NCBI GenBank assembly: GCA_963728915.1
Contig: CAVSLV010000004.1
Span: 352,001-416,000 of the forward strand
From: an uncultured Gemmatimonadales bacterium
GTDB lineage: Bacteria; Gemmatimonadota; Gemmatimonadetes; Gemmatimonadales; GWC2-71-9
Length of the DNA: 64,000 nt
Direction: 5' to 3'
The translations under genes were made by a program, and so were the position numbers. This document shows positions 1 through 10,324 of this stretch, piece after piece. Each line of letters begins with the position of its first letter. The stretch's first letter is position 1. Below the pieces are notes generated by a model. It was not told the DNA's origin. It ran no database searches and worked only from the letters and a program-made list of their open reading frames with translations.

Positions 1-1059
1 AAGGATGGGCTGCCCGCCGCGCCGGTCAGCTGGATCGAGGTGGCCAGGAACTGGCATGACGTGGTGGTCTCCACCTATGGGCGCGGGCTCTTCATCCTGC
101 GGGACATCACGACCCTGGAGCAATCGGACCAGGCGGTCGCCGATGCCGATCTGCATCTCTACACGCCCCGGCCGGCCTACCGGGAGGCACGGAGCGGCAG
201 TGTGGACGTCAATTATCTGCTCAAGGCCGCGGCCAAGGACTCGGTCACCCTGGAAGTCCTCGACGGCTCCGGCAAGGTGCTCCGCACCATGCGGGCACAG
301 GGGAGAAACGGACTCAATCGCTTTACCTGGGATCTCCGCTACGATGGGCCGAAGCAGGTCGAGCTTCGGACCACGCCGCCCGACAACCCGCGGATCTGGG
401 ACGAGGTGAGATTCAAGGACAAGACCACCCGCCCGATCACCCATTGGGGGATCCAGGGTCCGCAGCGGAATGGCCCGTTCGTGCTCCCGGGGACCTACGC
501 GGTGCGGGTGACTGCGGCCGGGCAGACGGCGACGCGCCCGCTGGCGGTGCTTCGGGATCCCTCGATTCCCACCAACGACGCGGACATGGGGGCATCCACC
601 ACGACCCAGCTCCGGATCCGCGACGACATCACAGTGACGGCGGACATCGTGAACCGGACCGAGGTCATGCGCAAGCAGATCGAGGACGCCCTGAAGACCG
701 CGGAGAACGGGACGGGAGAGGCCCTGCGGGGGCTGGACCAGAAGCTGCTCGACGTCGAGCTGCGCCTGGTATCGCGCACCGAGCTTCACAGCGACGACAA
801 GTGGTACGTCGAGCCGTACCGGGTGTACCTGAACCTGATCTGGCTCCAGGGAGAGGTGGGAAGCGGCGCGAGTGACGTCGCAGGCGGCGCCGAATTCCGT
901 CCCACCGACGCCGAGCTGGTGACCCTGGCCGAGCAGGAAAAGGAGCTGGCGACCGCGAAGGCGATGTTCGACGAGCTGCTCCGGACGACCGTTCCCGAAT
1001 TCAACCGGCTGATGGCCGGGAAGGTGGCCCCGATCTCCGAAAAGAGCCCGACGCCATGA
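1..1059 (+). CDS. C-terminal part of large secreted VPS10/BNR-repeat beta-propeller (glycosyl hydrolase-like) protein, 5'-truncated
   Basis: Frame open from base 1: KDGLPAAPVSWIEVARNWHDVVVSTYGRGLFILRD, then an FlgD-Ig-like segment GLNRFTWDLRY...PGTYAVRVTA and a helical tail, typical of this family. Confidence 0.7.
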   Translation, partial: KDGLPAAPVSWIEVARNWHDVVVSTYGRGLFILRDITTLEQSDQAVADADLHLYTPRPAYREARSGSVDVNYLLKAAAKDSVTLEVLDGSGKVLRTMRAQGRNGLNRFTWDLRYDGPKQVELRTTPPDNPRIWDEVRFKDKTTRPITHWGIQGPQRNGPFVLPGTYAVRVTAAGQTATRPLAVLRDPSIPTNDADMGASTTTQLRIRDDITVTADIVNRTEVMRKQIEDALKTAENGTGEALRGLDQKLLDVELRLVSRTELHSDDKWYVEPYRVYLNLIWLQGEVGSGASDVAGGAEFRPTDAELVTLAEQEKELATAKAMFDELLRTTVPEFNRLMAGKVAPISEKSPTP

Positions 1060-1455
1060 AAACACACTGGACCGTGCACCCACTACACCTGGGAGGAGAT
1101 GCCCCGCGAGCGGGTCACCGACCTTCTGGAGCGACGGCTCATTACCGGGGACCGGATGATGCTGGCGCACGTGTATCTCAAGAAGGATTGTGTGGTGCCG
1201 ATGCACAGCCACGAAAATGAGCAGCTCACCTACGTGCTGGAGGGTGGGCTGCGCTTCTGGATCGGGGAGGATGAATCGGTCACGGTGGATGTGCTCCCGG
1301 GCCAGGTCCTTGTGATCCCCAGTCAGGTTCCCCATAAGGCGCTCGCGCTGGCCGACACGCTCGATGTCGACGTGTTCTCGCCGCCCAGGCAGGACTGGCT
1401 CAATAAGACGGACGACTATCTGAGGCAGCCGGGCGGACAGGCGGACAGGCGGTAA
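1056..1455 (+). CDS. Cupin domain protein; apparent 1-nt frameshift right after the ATG
   Basis: Cupin motifs VPMHSHENEQ and IPSQVPH. ATG at 1056 overlaps the upstream TGA; removing one A from the AAAA run gives MKHTGPCTHYTWEEMPRE. Confidence 0.8.
1432..1455 (+). repeat. Octamer tandem repeat GGCGGACA x2 + GGCGGTAA
   Basis: Read directly; encodes the C-terminal GGQADRR-stop of the cupin. Confidence 0.7.
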
Positions 1456-1456
1456 C

Positions 1457-2248
1457 ATGGATCTCGGACTACGGGGAAAGGTGGCGGTCATCGCCGCGGG
1501 CAGCAAAGGCCTGGGGAAGGCGGTGGCCGAGGAGCTCGCCGCGGAGGGAGTCCTGCTGGTGCTGTGCGCCCGAGGGGAGGATGCCTTGCGGGCCACCGCC
1601 GACGGGATCCGGAAGCGGTTCGGGGCCAAGGTGTACACCACGCAAGCTGACGTTGGAAAAGCCGGCGAGCCCGAGCGCGTGGTACTGGAAGCGACGGCCC
1701 AGTTCGGCAAAGTGGACATTCTTCTTACCAACAGCGGCGGCCCGCCGGCGGGGCCATTCGAGTCCCACACGGCGGAAGCGTGGGAGAACGCCTATCGCCT
1801 GGTTCTCGCGAGCGCAGTCGAGTTCTGCCGAGCCGCGCTTCCCGGCATGAAGGAGCGGGGGTGGGGAAGGATCCTCAACGTCACCTCGATCGCCGCCAAG
1901 CAGCCGGTCGACAATCTGATGTTGTCGAACAGCATCCGGGCCGGGGTGATCGGGTTCGCCCGGACCCTGGCGAACGAGGTGGCGTCCTCCGGGGTCACGG
2001 TGAACAACCTCATCCCGGGCTTTACCCGGACCGACCGGATGGTGGAGCTGGCGGAAGTCACCGCGAAGAAAGAAGGAATCCCGGTCGAAGAGGCTGAGCG
2101 GCGGTACACAGCCCAGATCCCGATGGGCCGGATGGCGGAACCCCGGGAGTTCGCCGCGCTCGCGGCGTTCCTTGCCTCGGAACGGGCGAGCTACATCACC
2201 GGGCAGTCGATCGCGGTGGACGGGGGGTGGATAAGAGGGTTGTTGTGA
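1457..2248 (+). CDS. SDR family oxidoreductase (3-oxoacyl-ACP reductase-like)
   Basis: AGSKGLGKA Rossmann motif, TNSGGP, atypical SNSIRAG active site, ASYITGQSIAVDGG. Confidence 0.9.
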   Translation: MDLGLRGKVAVIAAGSKGLGKAVAEELAAEGVLLVLCARGEDALRATADGIRKRFGAKVYTTQADVGKAGEPERVVLEATAQFGKVDILLTNSGGPPAGPFESHTAEAWENAYRLVLASAVEFCRAALPGMKERGWGRILNVTSIAAKQPVDNLMLSNSIRAGVIGFARTLANEVASSGVTVNNLIPGFTRTDRMVELAEVTAKKEGIPVEEAERRYTAQIPMGRMAEPREFAALAAFLASERASYITGQSIAVDGGWIRGLL

Positions 2249-2309
2249 GGGGTGAGGTGTGAGGGGTGAGGAGGTGTGAGCTCACAGCTCCTCACCCCTC
2301 ACCCCTCAC
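2245..2309. repeat. Inverted pair of heptamer arrays (GTGAGGK)n / (CCCTCAC)n forming a long hairpin between convergent genes; possible bidirectional terminator
   Basis: gtgaggg gtgaggt gtgaggg gtgagga ggtgtgag|ctcacagc tcctcac ccctcac ccctcac; central palindrome TGTGAGCTCACA. Confidence 0.85.
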
Positions 2310-2330
2310 TCATGAAGTTCTCGAGCAGGC

Positions 2331-3776
2331 CTATCGCTTACTTCCCGTTACGATACGCTGGGCAACCCCACGAGCCAGCGCCACGTTGAGATTGGTCAGG
2401 GCGAGCTGGCGATCGCCGAGCAGCTCGTAGCTGATCATCCGGGCCGTTCCCATGTCGCCCTTGCGCTGGGCCGCCAAGGCCCGTGCGAATGGGCCACCCG
2501 CCTCGCTCGTGTTGGGATTGGCCAGGGCCTTCATCGCATCGTCACTACGACCTTCCGCGACGTAGACCAGGGCGTCCATCACCTGGAAGTTGGCGGTCTG
2601 AGATTCGTTGGTCGCCTGCCCGACGGCGGCCTGGACTGCCTGGTGGGCGCCGGCGTAGTCCCGCTTGGCGAGCGGCTCCAGCACCGCCGCCACCTGGGCC
2701 ACGTTCGGGTTTCCCCCGCGGGCGGCTGCCGCGTGAGAGGCGGCGGTCTTGCCGTCTCCCAACCACAGATCGGTCATTGCCATGACGTTTTGGAGACCGA
2801 GGGCTGCCGGGGTGGCCTCCAGAGCCAGAGTGAGCTCGCTCATGGCGGCTTTGGCGTTGCCGTCGATCAGGTAAGTGGCCGCGATCCGACGGTGACGTCC
2901 TGGATCCCCCGGCAGGGGAACTTCCTTCTCCGCTGCGGCGAGGGTAGCCCGGGCCAGGTCGGTCCTTCCCATGAGCACCTGGGCCTCGGCGATGCCATCG
3001 CGGGCGGCCTGGTAGGCGGGATCGAGCTCGATGGCCTTCTGGTAATGCATGATCGCCTCCACGAACCGCCCGTCCCATTGGAGCAGCTCGGCATAGCTGT
3101 CGTGGGAATTGGGGTGGTTGGGAAGCAGCCGCACGTACTCACGGACTTCGGTCATCGCTCCCTGGTGGTCGCCCATATTCCACAGATTGTAGGCCATGGT
3201 ATTGCGAACCGGAGCAAAATTGGGGAAGGCGTTCTTGACCTGGCGCATGGCGAGCTGGGCATTGACGAAATCCTGATTCGGGAGGCTGGTGGAGGCGAGC
3301 GCCCGCCGATAGGCCAGGGACGGCTCCCCCGGCATCTCCGAGGCAGCGGCCCGGAACAGATTGAACGCCGAAGTGCCCTGGCCGCGGAACATCTCGGCGT
3401 AGGCCATCGCCGTCAGCATTTCGTTGGGAGAGGTCTTGGCGGCGTCGGCCAGCCCGCGCTCGATCTCGCTGGCGCGCTCCGGAGAGTTCCCCCCGAAGGC
3501 AAGGCCGGCGTGCAGGATACGGGCGAGCCCGAACGACGGGTCCAACTGGACGGCCCGGGCGAAGTGGACCTGGGCCCCGGGGATGTTGACGTTGTCGAAG
3601 TCGGTCATGCCGGCGCGGAATTCGTCGGCGGCGTCCCCGGTGGCCTTGAGCTCGAGCTTCGCGGGCGGTGCGCTGGGGGCGGCTTGTGAATGGCTCGCAC
3701 TCACCCCGGCGACCGACAGGGCAAGCAGGGCGGTCAGGACGCGGGTAGCGCCGCGGTATCCGGAGCAGTTGTGCAT
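2331..3776 (-). CDS. Secreted tetratricopeptide repeat protein
   Basis: Signal-like N-terminus; TPR segments NSHDSYAELLQWDGRFVEAIMHYQKAIELDP; GGAGG SD upstream of ATG 3776. Confidence 0.8.
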   Translation of the reverse strand: MHNCSGYRGATRVLTALLALSVAGVSASHSQAAPSAPPAKLELKATGDAADEFRAGMTDFDNVNIPGAQVHFARAVQLDPSFGLARILHAGLAFGGNSPERASEIERGLADAAKTSPNEMLTAMAYAEMFRGQGTSAFNLFRAAASEMPGEPSLAYRRALASTSLPNQDFVNAQLAMRQVKNAFPNFAPVRNTMAYNLWNMGDHQGAMTEVREYVRLLPNHPNSHDSYAELLQWDGRFVEAIMHYQKAIELDPAYQAARDGIAEAQVLMGRTDLARATLAAAEKEVPLPGDPGRHRRIAATYLIDGNAKAAMSELTLALEATPAALGLQNVMAMTDLWLGDGKTAASHAAAARGGNPNVAQVAAVLEPLAKRDYAGAHQAVQAAVGQATNESQTANFQVMDALVYVAEGRSDDAMKALANPNTSEAGGPFARALAAQRKGDMGTARMISYELLGDRQLALTNLNVALARGVAQRIVTGSKR

Positions 3777-3837
3777 GGGCTTCCTCCCAGTGGGGGGACT
3801 GAAGGGACCAGAGGACGGCAGGGGGGCGATCGTTGAC

Positions 3838-3866
3838 AAGGTACCGGTGGATTCAGGCGCTCGCAA
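3838..3866 (-). promoter_or_regulatory. Putative sigma70 promoter TTGCGA-N17-TACCTT for the TPR gene
   Basis: Motif and 17-nt spacing read on the minus strand. Confidence 0.5.
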
Positions 3867-3973
3867 GCACGGAGGCTTTTCCTAACGCGCTCTTCACACG
3901 ACGGGATGGAGTCGATTGGCTGGGGGGCCTAACACGGTGCCGGGACGGGCGGGTCGGCTCCGGCGGGTCGCCG

Positions 3974-4406
3974 TTACGCGGTCCCCGATCCCACCAGCGC
4001 CTCCAGCTCGGGCCGCCCGGCCAGGCCAACCTGCCGGCCGCTCTCGGTACCCTTCCGGAAGGCGATCAGGGTGGGGATGCCGCGAATGCCGAACCGCTCG
4101 GTGATCCCGGGGCTCCGGTCGGTATCGAGCTTGAGAAACAGGGCCTGACCCGCGCGGTCGTGGGCCAGCTCGTCCACGATGGGCGCGATCATCTTGCAGG
4201 GACCGCACCAGTCGGCGTAGAAATCCACCAGGACCGGCACCTCGGTGCCGCGCGAGCACCGCGTCGAGGTTCTCCCGGCTCACCTTGACGGGACGATCCA
4301 GCAGGAGGGGCCGCTTGCAGGACCCGCAGCGGGGGCCGTCGCTCAGCTTGGCGAGATCGACCCGGTTGAGCTGGCCGCAGAAAGGGCAGGGGACGGTGGC
4401 GTGCAT
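3974..4406 (-). CDS. trxC: Thioredoxin 2 (zinc-finger thioredoxin), frameshift near 4245
   Basis: N-terminal CPFC...CGSC zinc ribbon in one frame, VLVDFYADWCGPCK and GIPTL in another. Confidence 0.88.
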
Positions 4407-4440
4407 GGCGGAGAATAATCGGGGCGGTAGATTCGTCGGC
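4407..4440. promoter_or_regulatory. Back-to-back -10 boxes of a divergent leaderless promoter pair
   Basis: TATTCT on minus (4412-4417) 5 nt before the trxC ATG; TAGATT on plus (4428-4433) 7 nt before ATG 4441; no SD. Confidence 0.55.
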
Positions 4441-5621
4441 ATGAAACGAACCTTGGGGTTGATGCTCCTCGTGCTGGCGCTGCCGGCCCGGAGCCCGGCT
4501 CAGAGCCTGACCTTCGCCCAACGCTGGAAGCCGGTGGCGGACGAGTTCCATGCCTTGCTGGGTCGGGAAGGGGTCGTCGGGGGGAGCCTCTGGTTCCTCC
4601 ACGGGCGATTCGGTAGTCGCGCGGGAGTTCCATGGCCTGGCCGATCGGGAAACCGGGCGGGCAAGGTCGACGCCAACACGATCTTCCACTGGGCGTCGAT
4701 CACCAAGACGATGACCGCGATCGCGATCATGCAGCTCCGAGATCGCGGCAGGCTTTCGCTCGACGATCCGATCGTGAAATACGTTCCCGAGCTGATGGCG
4801 GTGCATAACCCGTACGGCCCGATGGAGGCGATCACGATCCGGCACCTGCTGAGCCATTCCGCCGGATTCCGGAATCCGACCTGGCCCTGGGGCGGAGATC
4901 AGCCCTGGCATCCGTTCGAGCCGACCCAATGGGCCCAGCTCGTGGCCATGATGCCCTACACCGAGATCCTGTTTCCCCCGGGCTCGAAATACAGCTACTC
5001 CAATCCCGGGATCATGTTTCTGGGTCGCACCATCGAAAAGCTGAGCGGCGATGACTTCGAGGTCTACATCACCAAGAACATCCTGATGCCGCTCGGCATG
5101 ACCCACAGCTATTTCGACGTGTCGCCGTACCATCTGGTAAGCGAGCGCTCCAACAACTACGAGGTGCGTGACGGGAAAACGGTCGCGAACGGGCTCGATT
5201 TCGACACCGGGATCACGGTATCGAACGGGGGCTTGAATGCGCCGATCACCGATATGGCCAAGTACCTCGGCCTTCCTGCTGGGCAAGGGTCCCGGCGCGA
5301 GCGGCCCGGTGCCGGTTCTCAAGCGAAGCTCGCTGGAAGAGCTCTGGCAGCCGAGTGCTGCCCGGTCGGCGGATGCCGAGGCGATGGGCGACTCGATCGC
5401 GCTGAGCTTCTTCATCCGGCGGCAGGGTGCGGTCCGTCTGGTCGGACACACCGGAAGCCAGCGGGGATTCCGTGCCTTCTTCTATCTCCAACCCGGCGGG
5501 GAGCGAGGCGGTGATCGCGGCGTGGAACACCGCTCCCGCGGAGGAGCAGCCGGGCGCTCATCCCGATACCAGAGCGATTCGGGAGGTCCTGCTGCGTACC
5601 CTGACAGCCGTCTGGAGGTGA
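4441..5621 (+). CDS. Serine hydrolase, beta-lactamase/AmpC-like family, secreted; several frameshifts (about 4605-4660, 5270, 5500)
   Basis: Signal peptide, SxxK (WASITKT), LLSHSAG, YSYSN and GHTGSQ motifs spread across frames. Confidence 0.85.
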
Positions 5622-5668
5622 CCGGGAACCGGCTAACCTGCAAACGGCTGACCGCTTACCTTTCCGTC

Positions 5669-6266
5669 ATGCGGGTCGATCTCAACGAGCTCCTCGGTCT
5701 CCCGGGCGATCGGCGGCGGTTTTTCCGCCAGAGCATCGGCCAGTGGGGCGAGGCGATGCTCGAGCAGGACCGAGCGACGGCTCGCTCCCGAGAAGCACAC
5801 CCGGCCGCCGGGCGCGCTGCCCGAAGTCGGCTTCCTTGCCGCCTGCACCCGCTGCGGCGCATGCGCGCCGGTCTGCCCTCCTCAGGCCATTCACTATCTG
5901 CCGGCGAGCGCGGGACTCGCGGCCGGAACCCCGTCGATCGATCCTGCTCGCCAGCCCTGCATCGCCTGCGAGGACATGCCCTGCGTTCGCGCCTGTCCCA
6001 CCGGCGCGCTGACCCTTCCGGCGCATGGATGGGAGGGATATCGCCTCGGCACGGTCGAGTTCATTCCGGAGCGCTGCGTCACCTTTCAGGGCACCGAATG
6101 CCGAGCCTGCGCGGATGCCTGCCCGATCGGGGAGCGCGCCCTGACGATGGACGAACAGGGTCATCCGGTGCTGCGGCGCGAGGGTTGTGTCGGATGCGGG
6201 GTCTGCGTCCGCGAATGCATTTCCTCTCCCACCTCATTCACGCTCACCATTGCGGAGGATCGATGA
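5669..6266 (+). CDS. 4Fe-4S dicluster protein (NapF/MauM-NapG-like ferredoxin), frameshift near 5765
   Basis: RPPGALPEVGFLAACTRCGACAPVCP, CIACEDMPCVRACP, CRACADACP, CVGCGVCVREC. Confidence 0.85.
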
Positions 6267-6620
6267 AGGATGCGCCGGTGCCGTTCAAGGTCGAGAAGCC
6301 CTGGGGGCACGAGCTGATCTGGGCCCGAACCGATCGCTATGTCGGGAAGATCCTCCATGTGAAGGCCGGCCATGCGCTGAGCTGCCAGTACCACAACGTG
6401 AAGGACGAAACGCTGCACGTGCTCCAGGGAGAGCTTCTCCTCCGGCTCGGGCAGGGGGAAGGCCGCAAGGAAATCCGGTTCCATCCGGGAGAATCGATTC
6501 GCATTACTCCCGGAACCGATCCACGAGCTCGAGGCGATTTCCGACACCGATGTGCTGGAAGCGTCCACCCCGGAGCTCGACGACGTGGTCCGACTCACCG
6601 ACCGATACGGAAGGGCCTGA
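6263..6620 (+). CDS. Cupin, mannose-6-phosphate isomerase C-terminal-like; frameshift near 6520
   Basis: VEKPWGHELIW...LSCQYHNVKDETL...VLEASTPELDDVVRLTDRYGR. Confidence 0.8.
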
Positions 6621-6622
6621 TC

Positions 6623-7605
6623 GTGCAGGTCGTGATCCCTCTCGCGGGGAAGGGAACCCGGCTCCGGCCCCACACCCATCTGGTTCCCAAGCCGCTGCTC
6701 AAAGTCGCCGGCCGGCCGGTGATGGACTGGGTGATGGACACGCTGGCGCGCGATCCCGGTGAGCGAGCTGATCTTCATCACCGGGCACCTCAAGGAACAG
6801 GTGGAGGCCTACGCCTCCAACCGGTACGGGATTCCCGTGCCACTACATCGAGCAGAAGGTCCAGGACGGGACCGCGGGGGCGATCAACCTGGCCCGGCCG
6901 CTGGTGCGGGGGCCCATCCTGGTGGTGTTCGTGGATACGGTCTTCGAGGCCGATCTCACTCTGATCGACCGCGCTGACGCCGACGGGATCATCTGGGCCA
7001 AGGAGGTCGAGGACTACCAGCGGTTCGGCGTCGTGGTGACCGACAGCGCGGGGTACATGACCCGGATCGTCGAGAAGCCGAAAGAGCCGGTGAGCAAGCT
7101 GGCCAATATCGGCCTCTACTACATCCGGGACGTCGACGCGCTCTGGACCGGGATCGATCACGTGCTGCGAAGCCCCAAGAACCAGGGCGAGTACTTCCTG
7201 ACCGACGCCTTTCAGCACATGATCGACCACGGCCGCCGCATCCTCACCGCGGAGGTGGGAGGCTGGTACGATTGCGGCAAACTGGAGACCCTCCTCGAAA
7301 CCAACGAGATCCTGCTTGCGAAGGGCGCCGCCCGCCATGGCGCGTTCCCCGGCGTCAGCATCCGGGAGCCGGTGCTGATCGAGGACGGCGTCACCATCGA
7401 GCACTCGACGATCGGCCCCAACGTCACCATCGAGCGTGGCTCGGTGATCCGCGACAGCGAGCTCAGCCATGCGCTGGTCGGCAGGCAGTGCCAGGTGATC
7501 CGCAGCAGGCTCCAGTACAGCATGCTGGGCGACAACGTCGTGCTGCGGGATTTTCGGGGCGCGGCAAGCCTGGCCGACCACAGTGAGCTGACCGGCACGA
7601 CCTAG
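6623..7605 (+). CDS. Sugar-phosphate nucleotidyltransferase (glucose-1-P thymidylyltransferase long form-like); frameshifts near 6750 and 6840
   Basis: IPLAGKGTRLRPHT..PKPLL, EKP, WYDCGK and C-terminal hexapeptide repeats. Confidence 0.88.
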
Positions 7606-9143
7606 TGGCGGCGACCGACGCGCTCTGCCGCTCTTTCCTCGATCTCTGGTGGCACTTCGATCCGTCGGGTGCCACCGCTGGCCGGCTGGCGGATTTCTCC
7701 GCCGACGGCATCCGCCAGCTGGTGGCGGCGCTCCGCGCGATCGCGGCCGCCACTGAAGAGCTGGAAGTGGACGATATCGCGGACGAGATCGACCGCACCG
7801 CTCTGCTCGACCATCTCCGGGTGTTGCTGTTCCGGTTCGAGCACGAGCACCCCTACCGCACCAATCCGCTGCTCTGGACCGAGCATCTGCTCCGGGCGTT
7901 CTCCGTTCCCGGCCGGGGGGAACAGGAAGAGGCCCTCCAGGCGGCGGCGAGCCTGGAGCGGCTTCGCGCCGTGCCTGCTTTCTGCCGCCGGGCCCGGGAA
8001 TCGATTCGAAAGCCGCCCGCGATGCTGGCGAGGGCGGCGGGTGAGGAGCTCCATGAGCTGACCGGCCTCGTTGCCGGGATCCAGGAGCGCTTCGCGGAGC
8101 GGTGGGCCCGGGATGGGGCGGACCCCCCGGTCCTGCTTGGGGAAGCCGGGACGGCGCTGGACGAGCTGGCGATCGCCCTCGACGAGGAGATCGCGCCGGA
8201 TCCGGATCCCTGCGCGGGGGCGATCGGGGAGGCGGAAGCCGATCGCCGGCTTCACCACGAGCACGCCAGCATCCATAACGCGGGCGAAATCTGGCGCGCG
8301 GCGCTCCGATCGGCGGACGAGGTGGAGGGGGAGGTGGTCGATCTGGCAGAGGCCGTCGAGGCAGGCAAGCCATGGCGGGCGGTGTACCAGTCCGTCACCG
8401 ACCGGCTCCTTCCCTCGAGGGCGGTGGAAGCCGGGTTCGACCGGTGGCGGACCCAGGCCCGGGAATTCGCCATAACCCGCAGGCTCGTCCCGCCGGCCGA
8501 GCCGGTTCCACTCGAGGTGAAGGCCATCGCCGAGCCGGAACGGCGCGCCCTGTTCTGGGCCGACTACCGGATGGCCGAACCCGGGGTCGGCCGGGTCCGG
8601 CTGGGCGGCATTCCGGAGGCCTGTCTGCCCTGGGTGGCGGCGCGTTTCGGCGAGCCGGGACTCCACTTCCTGGCCAGCGCCACCCGCGGCCTGCCCAGCC
8701 TGGTCCGTCGTCATATCACCGCCTCGAGCACCACCGGCGGGTTCGGGATATACATCCAGGAGATGCTCACCGAGGCCGGGTTCTGTCCCGATCCCGCTGC
8801 CAGGCTGGTGAGCCGGGTCCTGGTGCTCCGCCAGGTTCACCTCGCGCTGGTCGATCTCGGCGTCCATACGCGGCAGCTCACGGCGGACGAGGGCGTGACC
8901 CATCTCTCGGAGCGGCTGCCCTGCGATCGGAGTCTTGCTCTTGGCGACGTTCGCCGGATGCTGGCCGACCCGCTTCGGGCCTGTGCCGCCCTGCTGGGCT
9001 GGCACGAGCTGAAACGCCTCCGCGAAGACGACCGGGCCGCGCGCAAGGAGACTTTCGATCCGGCCGACTTCCATCGCCGGCTGTTCCGCCACGGAAGCAT
9101 CCCGATCCCGCTGGTTCGCTGGGGCATGGGCCTCGATGCCTGA
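7605..9143 (+). CDS. DUF885 family protein
   Basis: Helical protein with VDLGVH, LGWHELKRLRE and FDPADFHRRLFRHGSIPIPL, matching the DUF885 C-terminus. Confidence 0.75.
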   Translation: MAATDALCRSFLDLWWHFDPSGATAGRLADFSADGIRQLVAALRAIAAATEELEVDDIADEIDRTALLDHLRVLLFRFEHEHPYRTNPLLWTEHLLRAFSVPGRGEQEEALQAAASLERLRAVPAFCRRARESIRKPPAMLARAAGEELHELTGLVAGIQERFAERWARDGADPPVLLGEAGTALDELAIALDEEIAPDPDPCAGAIGEAEADRRLHHEHASIHNAGEIWRAALRSADEVEGEVVDLAEAVEAGKPWRAVYQSVTDRLLPSRAVEAGFDRWRTQAREFAITRRLVPPAEPVPLEVKAIAEPERRALFWADYRMAEPGVGRVRLGGIPEACLPWVAARFGEPGLHFLASATRGLPSLVRRHITASSTTGGFGIYIQEMLTEAGFCPDPAARLVSRVLVLRQVHLALVDLGVHTRQLTADEGVTHLSERLPCDRSLALGDVRRMLADPLRACAALLGWHELKRLREDDRAARKETFDPADFHRRLFRHGSIPIPLVRWGMGLDA

Positions 9144-10324
9144 TCAGGTTCCCGGCCGGGTCAAAGGCCTTTCGCTGGTCTCGCTCTTCAACGACTTCGC
9201 GAGCGAGATGGTGTATCCGGTGCTGCCCGCGTTCGTGACCGGTCCGCTGGGCGGGAGCGCGGTGGCACTGGGTGCGCTGGATGGGGCGGCCGATCTCACC
9301 GCGGCCCTGATGCGCTGGGTGAGCGGGCGGTTGGCCGATCGCCGGGGCTGGCCCAAGCCGCTCATCCTCGCGGGTTATGGCGTGGCCGTGCTGGTGCGCC
9401 CGTTCATCGCCATCGCCTCGGCGGCCTGGCAGGTCATCGGGTTCCGGGTGCTCGACCGGGTCGGCAAGGGACTTCGCACCCCGGCGCGGGACGCGGTGAT
9501 CTCCCGAATCACCGCCCCGGAGCTCCGGGGCCGGGCGTTCGGATTCAACCGGGCCGCGGATCACTTCGGCGCGGTGCTGGGTTCCCTGATCGCCTGGGCG
9601 ATGCTGGAAGCCTCCATCGGAGTGCGTGAGGTGATCGGGTGGAGCGCGTTGCCCGGGGCACTCGCGATCCTGGTATTGCTGTTCGCCTTGCGCGGGAATC
9701 TCGAGTCCGGAGTCCGGAGTCCGGAAAAGAGCAGCGCCTCGCCGGTCCCGGGACGCCGGACTCGAGACCTCTCCGGCCCCGCCTACTGGTTTCCCTATTG
9801 CCGTCCTCGTCCTGCTCACCGTCGCTCGGCTGCCCGAAACGCTGTTGCTCCTCCGGCTGCAGCAGCTCGGCGTCCCGGTCGCGCTGGTTCCGCTGGCCTG
9901 GGCGGGCCTTCACGTGGTGCGCAGCGGCAGCTCCTATCCGGGTGGGCTCCTGGCCGACCGGATCGGCGCGCGATGGACCTATCTCCTCGGGAGCGCGGCG
10001 TACATCGCCACTGTTCTGGGGCTCGCCACCCGACCCGGCGAGGTTGCGGCGTTTGCAATCTTTCTGGGGTTCGGACTGGTGGCCGGGTTCATCGAGCCTG
10101 CCGAGCGGGTGGCGGTCAGCCGGCTTGCACCGGTCAGGACCGGTCGCGGCTTCGGGAACTATCAGGCCCTGGCCGGGTTCGCCGCGCTGCCGGCCGGCCT
10201 CGGGTTCGGGGCGCTCTACCGCGGGAGCGGGCCCGCCGCCCTGGTGGTATCCGCGGCCGTGTTAGGACTGGGGACGATTCTCTGGCTGGCGGCTTCGCGG
10301 AACCTCCACGCGGAGCCGGGTTAA
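9136..10324 (+). CDS. MFS transporter, frameshift near 9790
   Basis: LVSLFNDFASEMVYP, GRLADRRG, DRVGKGLRTPARDA, RGRAFGFNRAADHFGA; second half in ORF 9845-10324. Confidence 0.88.
9702..9776. repeat. Intragenic inverted heptamer array (GAGTCCG x3 ... CCGGACTCGAGA) in the MFS central loop
   Basis: tctcgagtccggagtccggagtccgga ... ccgggacgccggactcgaga; TCTCGAGTCCGG pairs with CCGGACTCGAGA. Confidence 0.7.

Noticed and set aside
3867..3973. ncRNA or tRNA in the TPR-trxC gap (also checked 21774-21848 and 63150-63244)
   Set aside because: No cloverleaf, T-loop or recognisable riboswitch motif was seen.
4441..5621. Antibiotic-resistance beta-lactamase
   Set aside because: The motifs fit the broad serine hydrolase family (HTG rather than KTG), and nothing indicates beta-lactam specificity.
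5237..6964. 575-aa chimeric ORF
   Set aside because: It strings together pieces of four genes through frameshifts.
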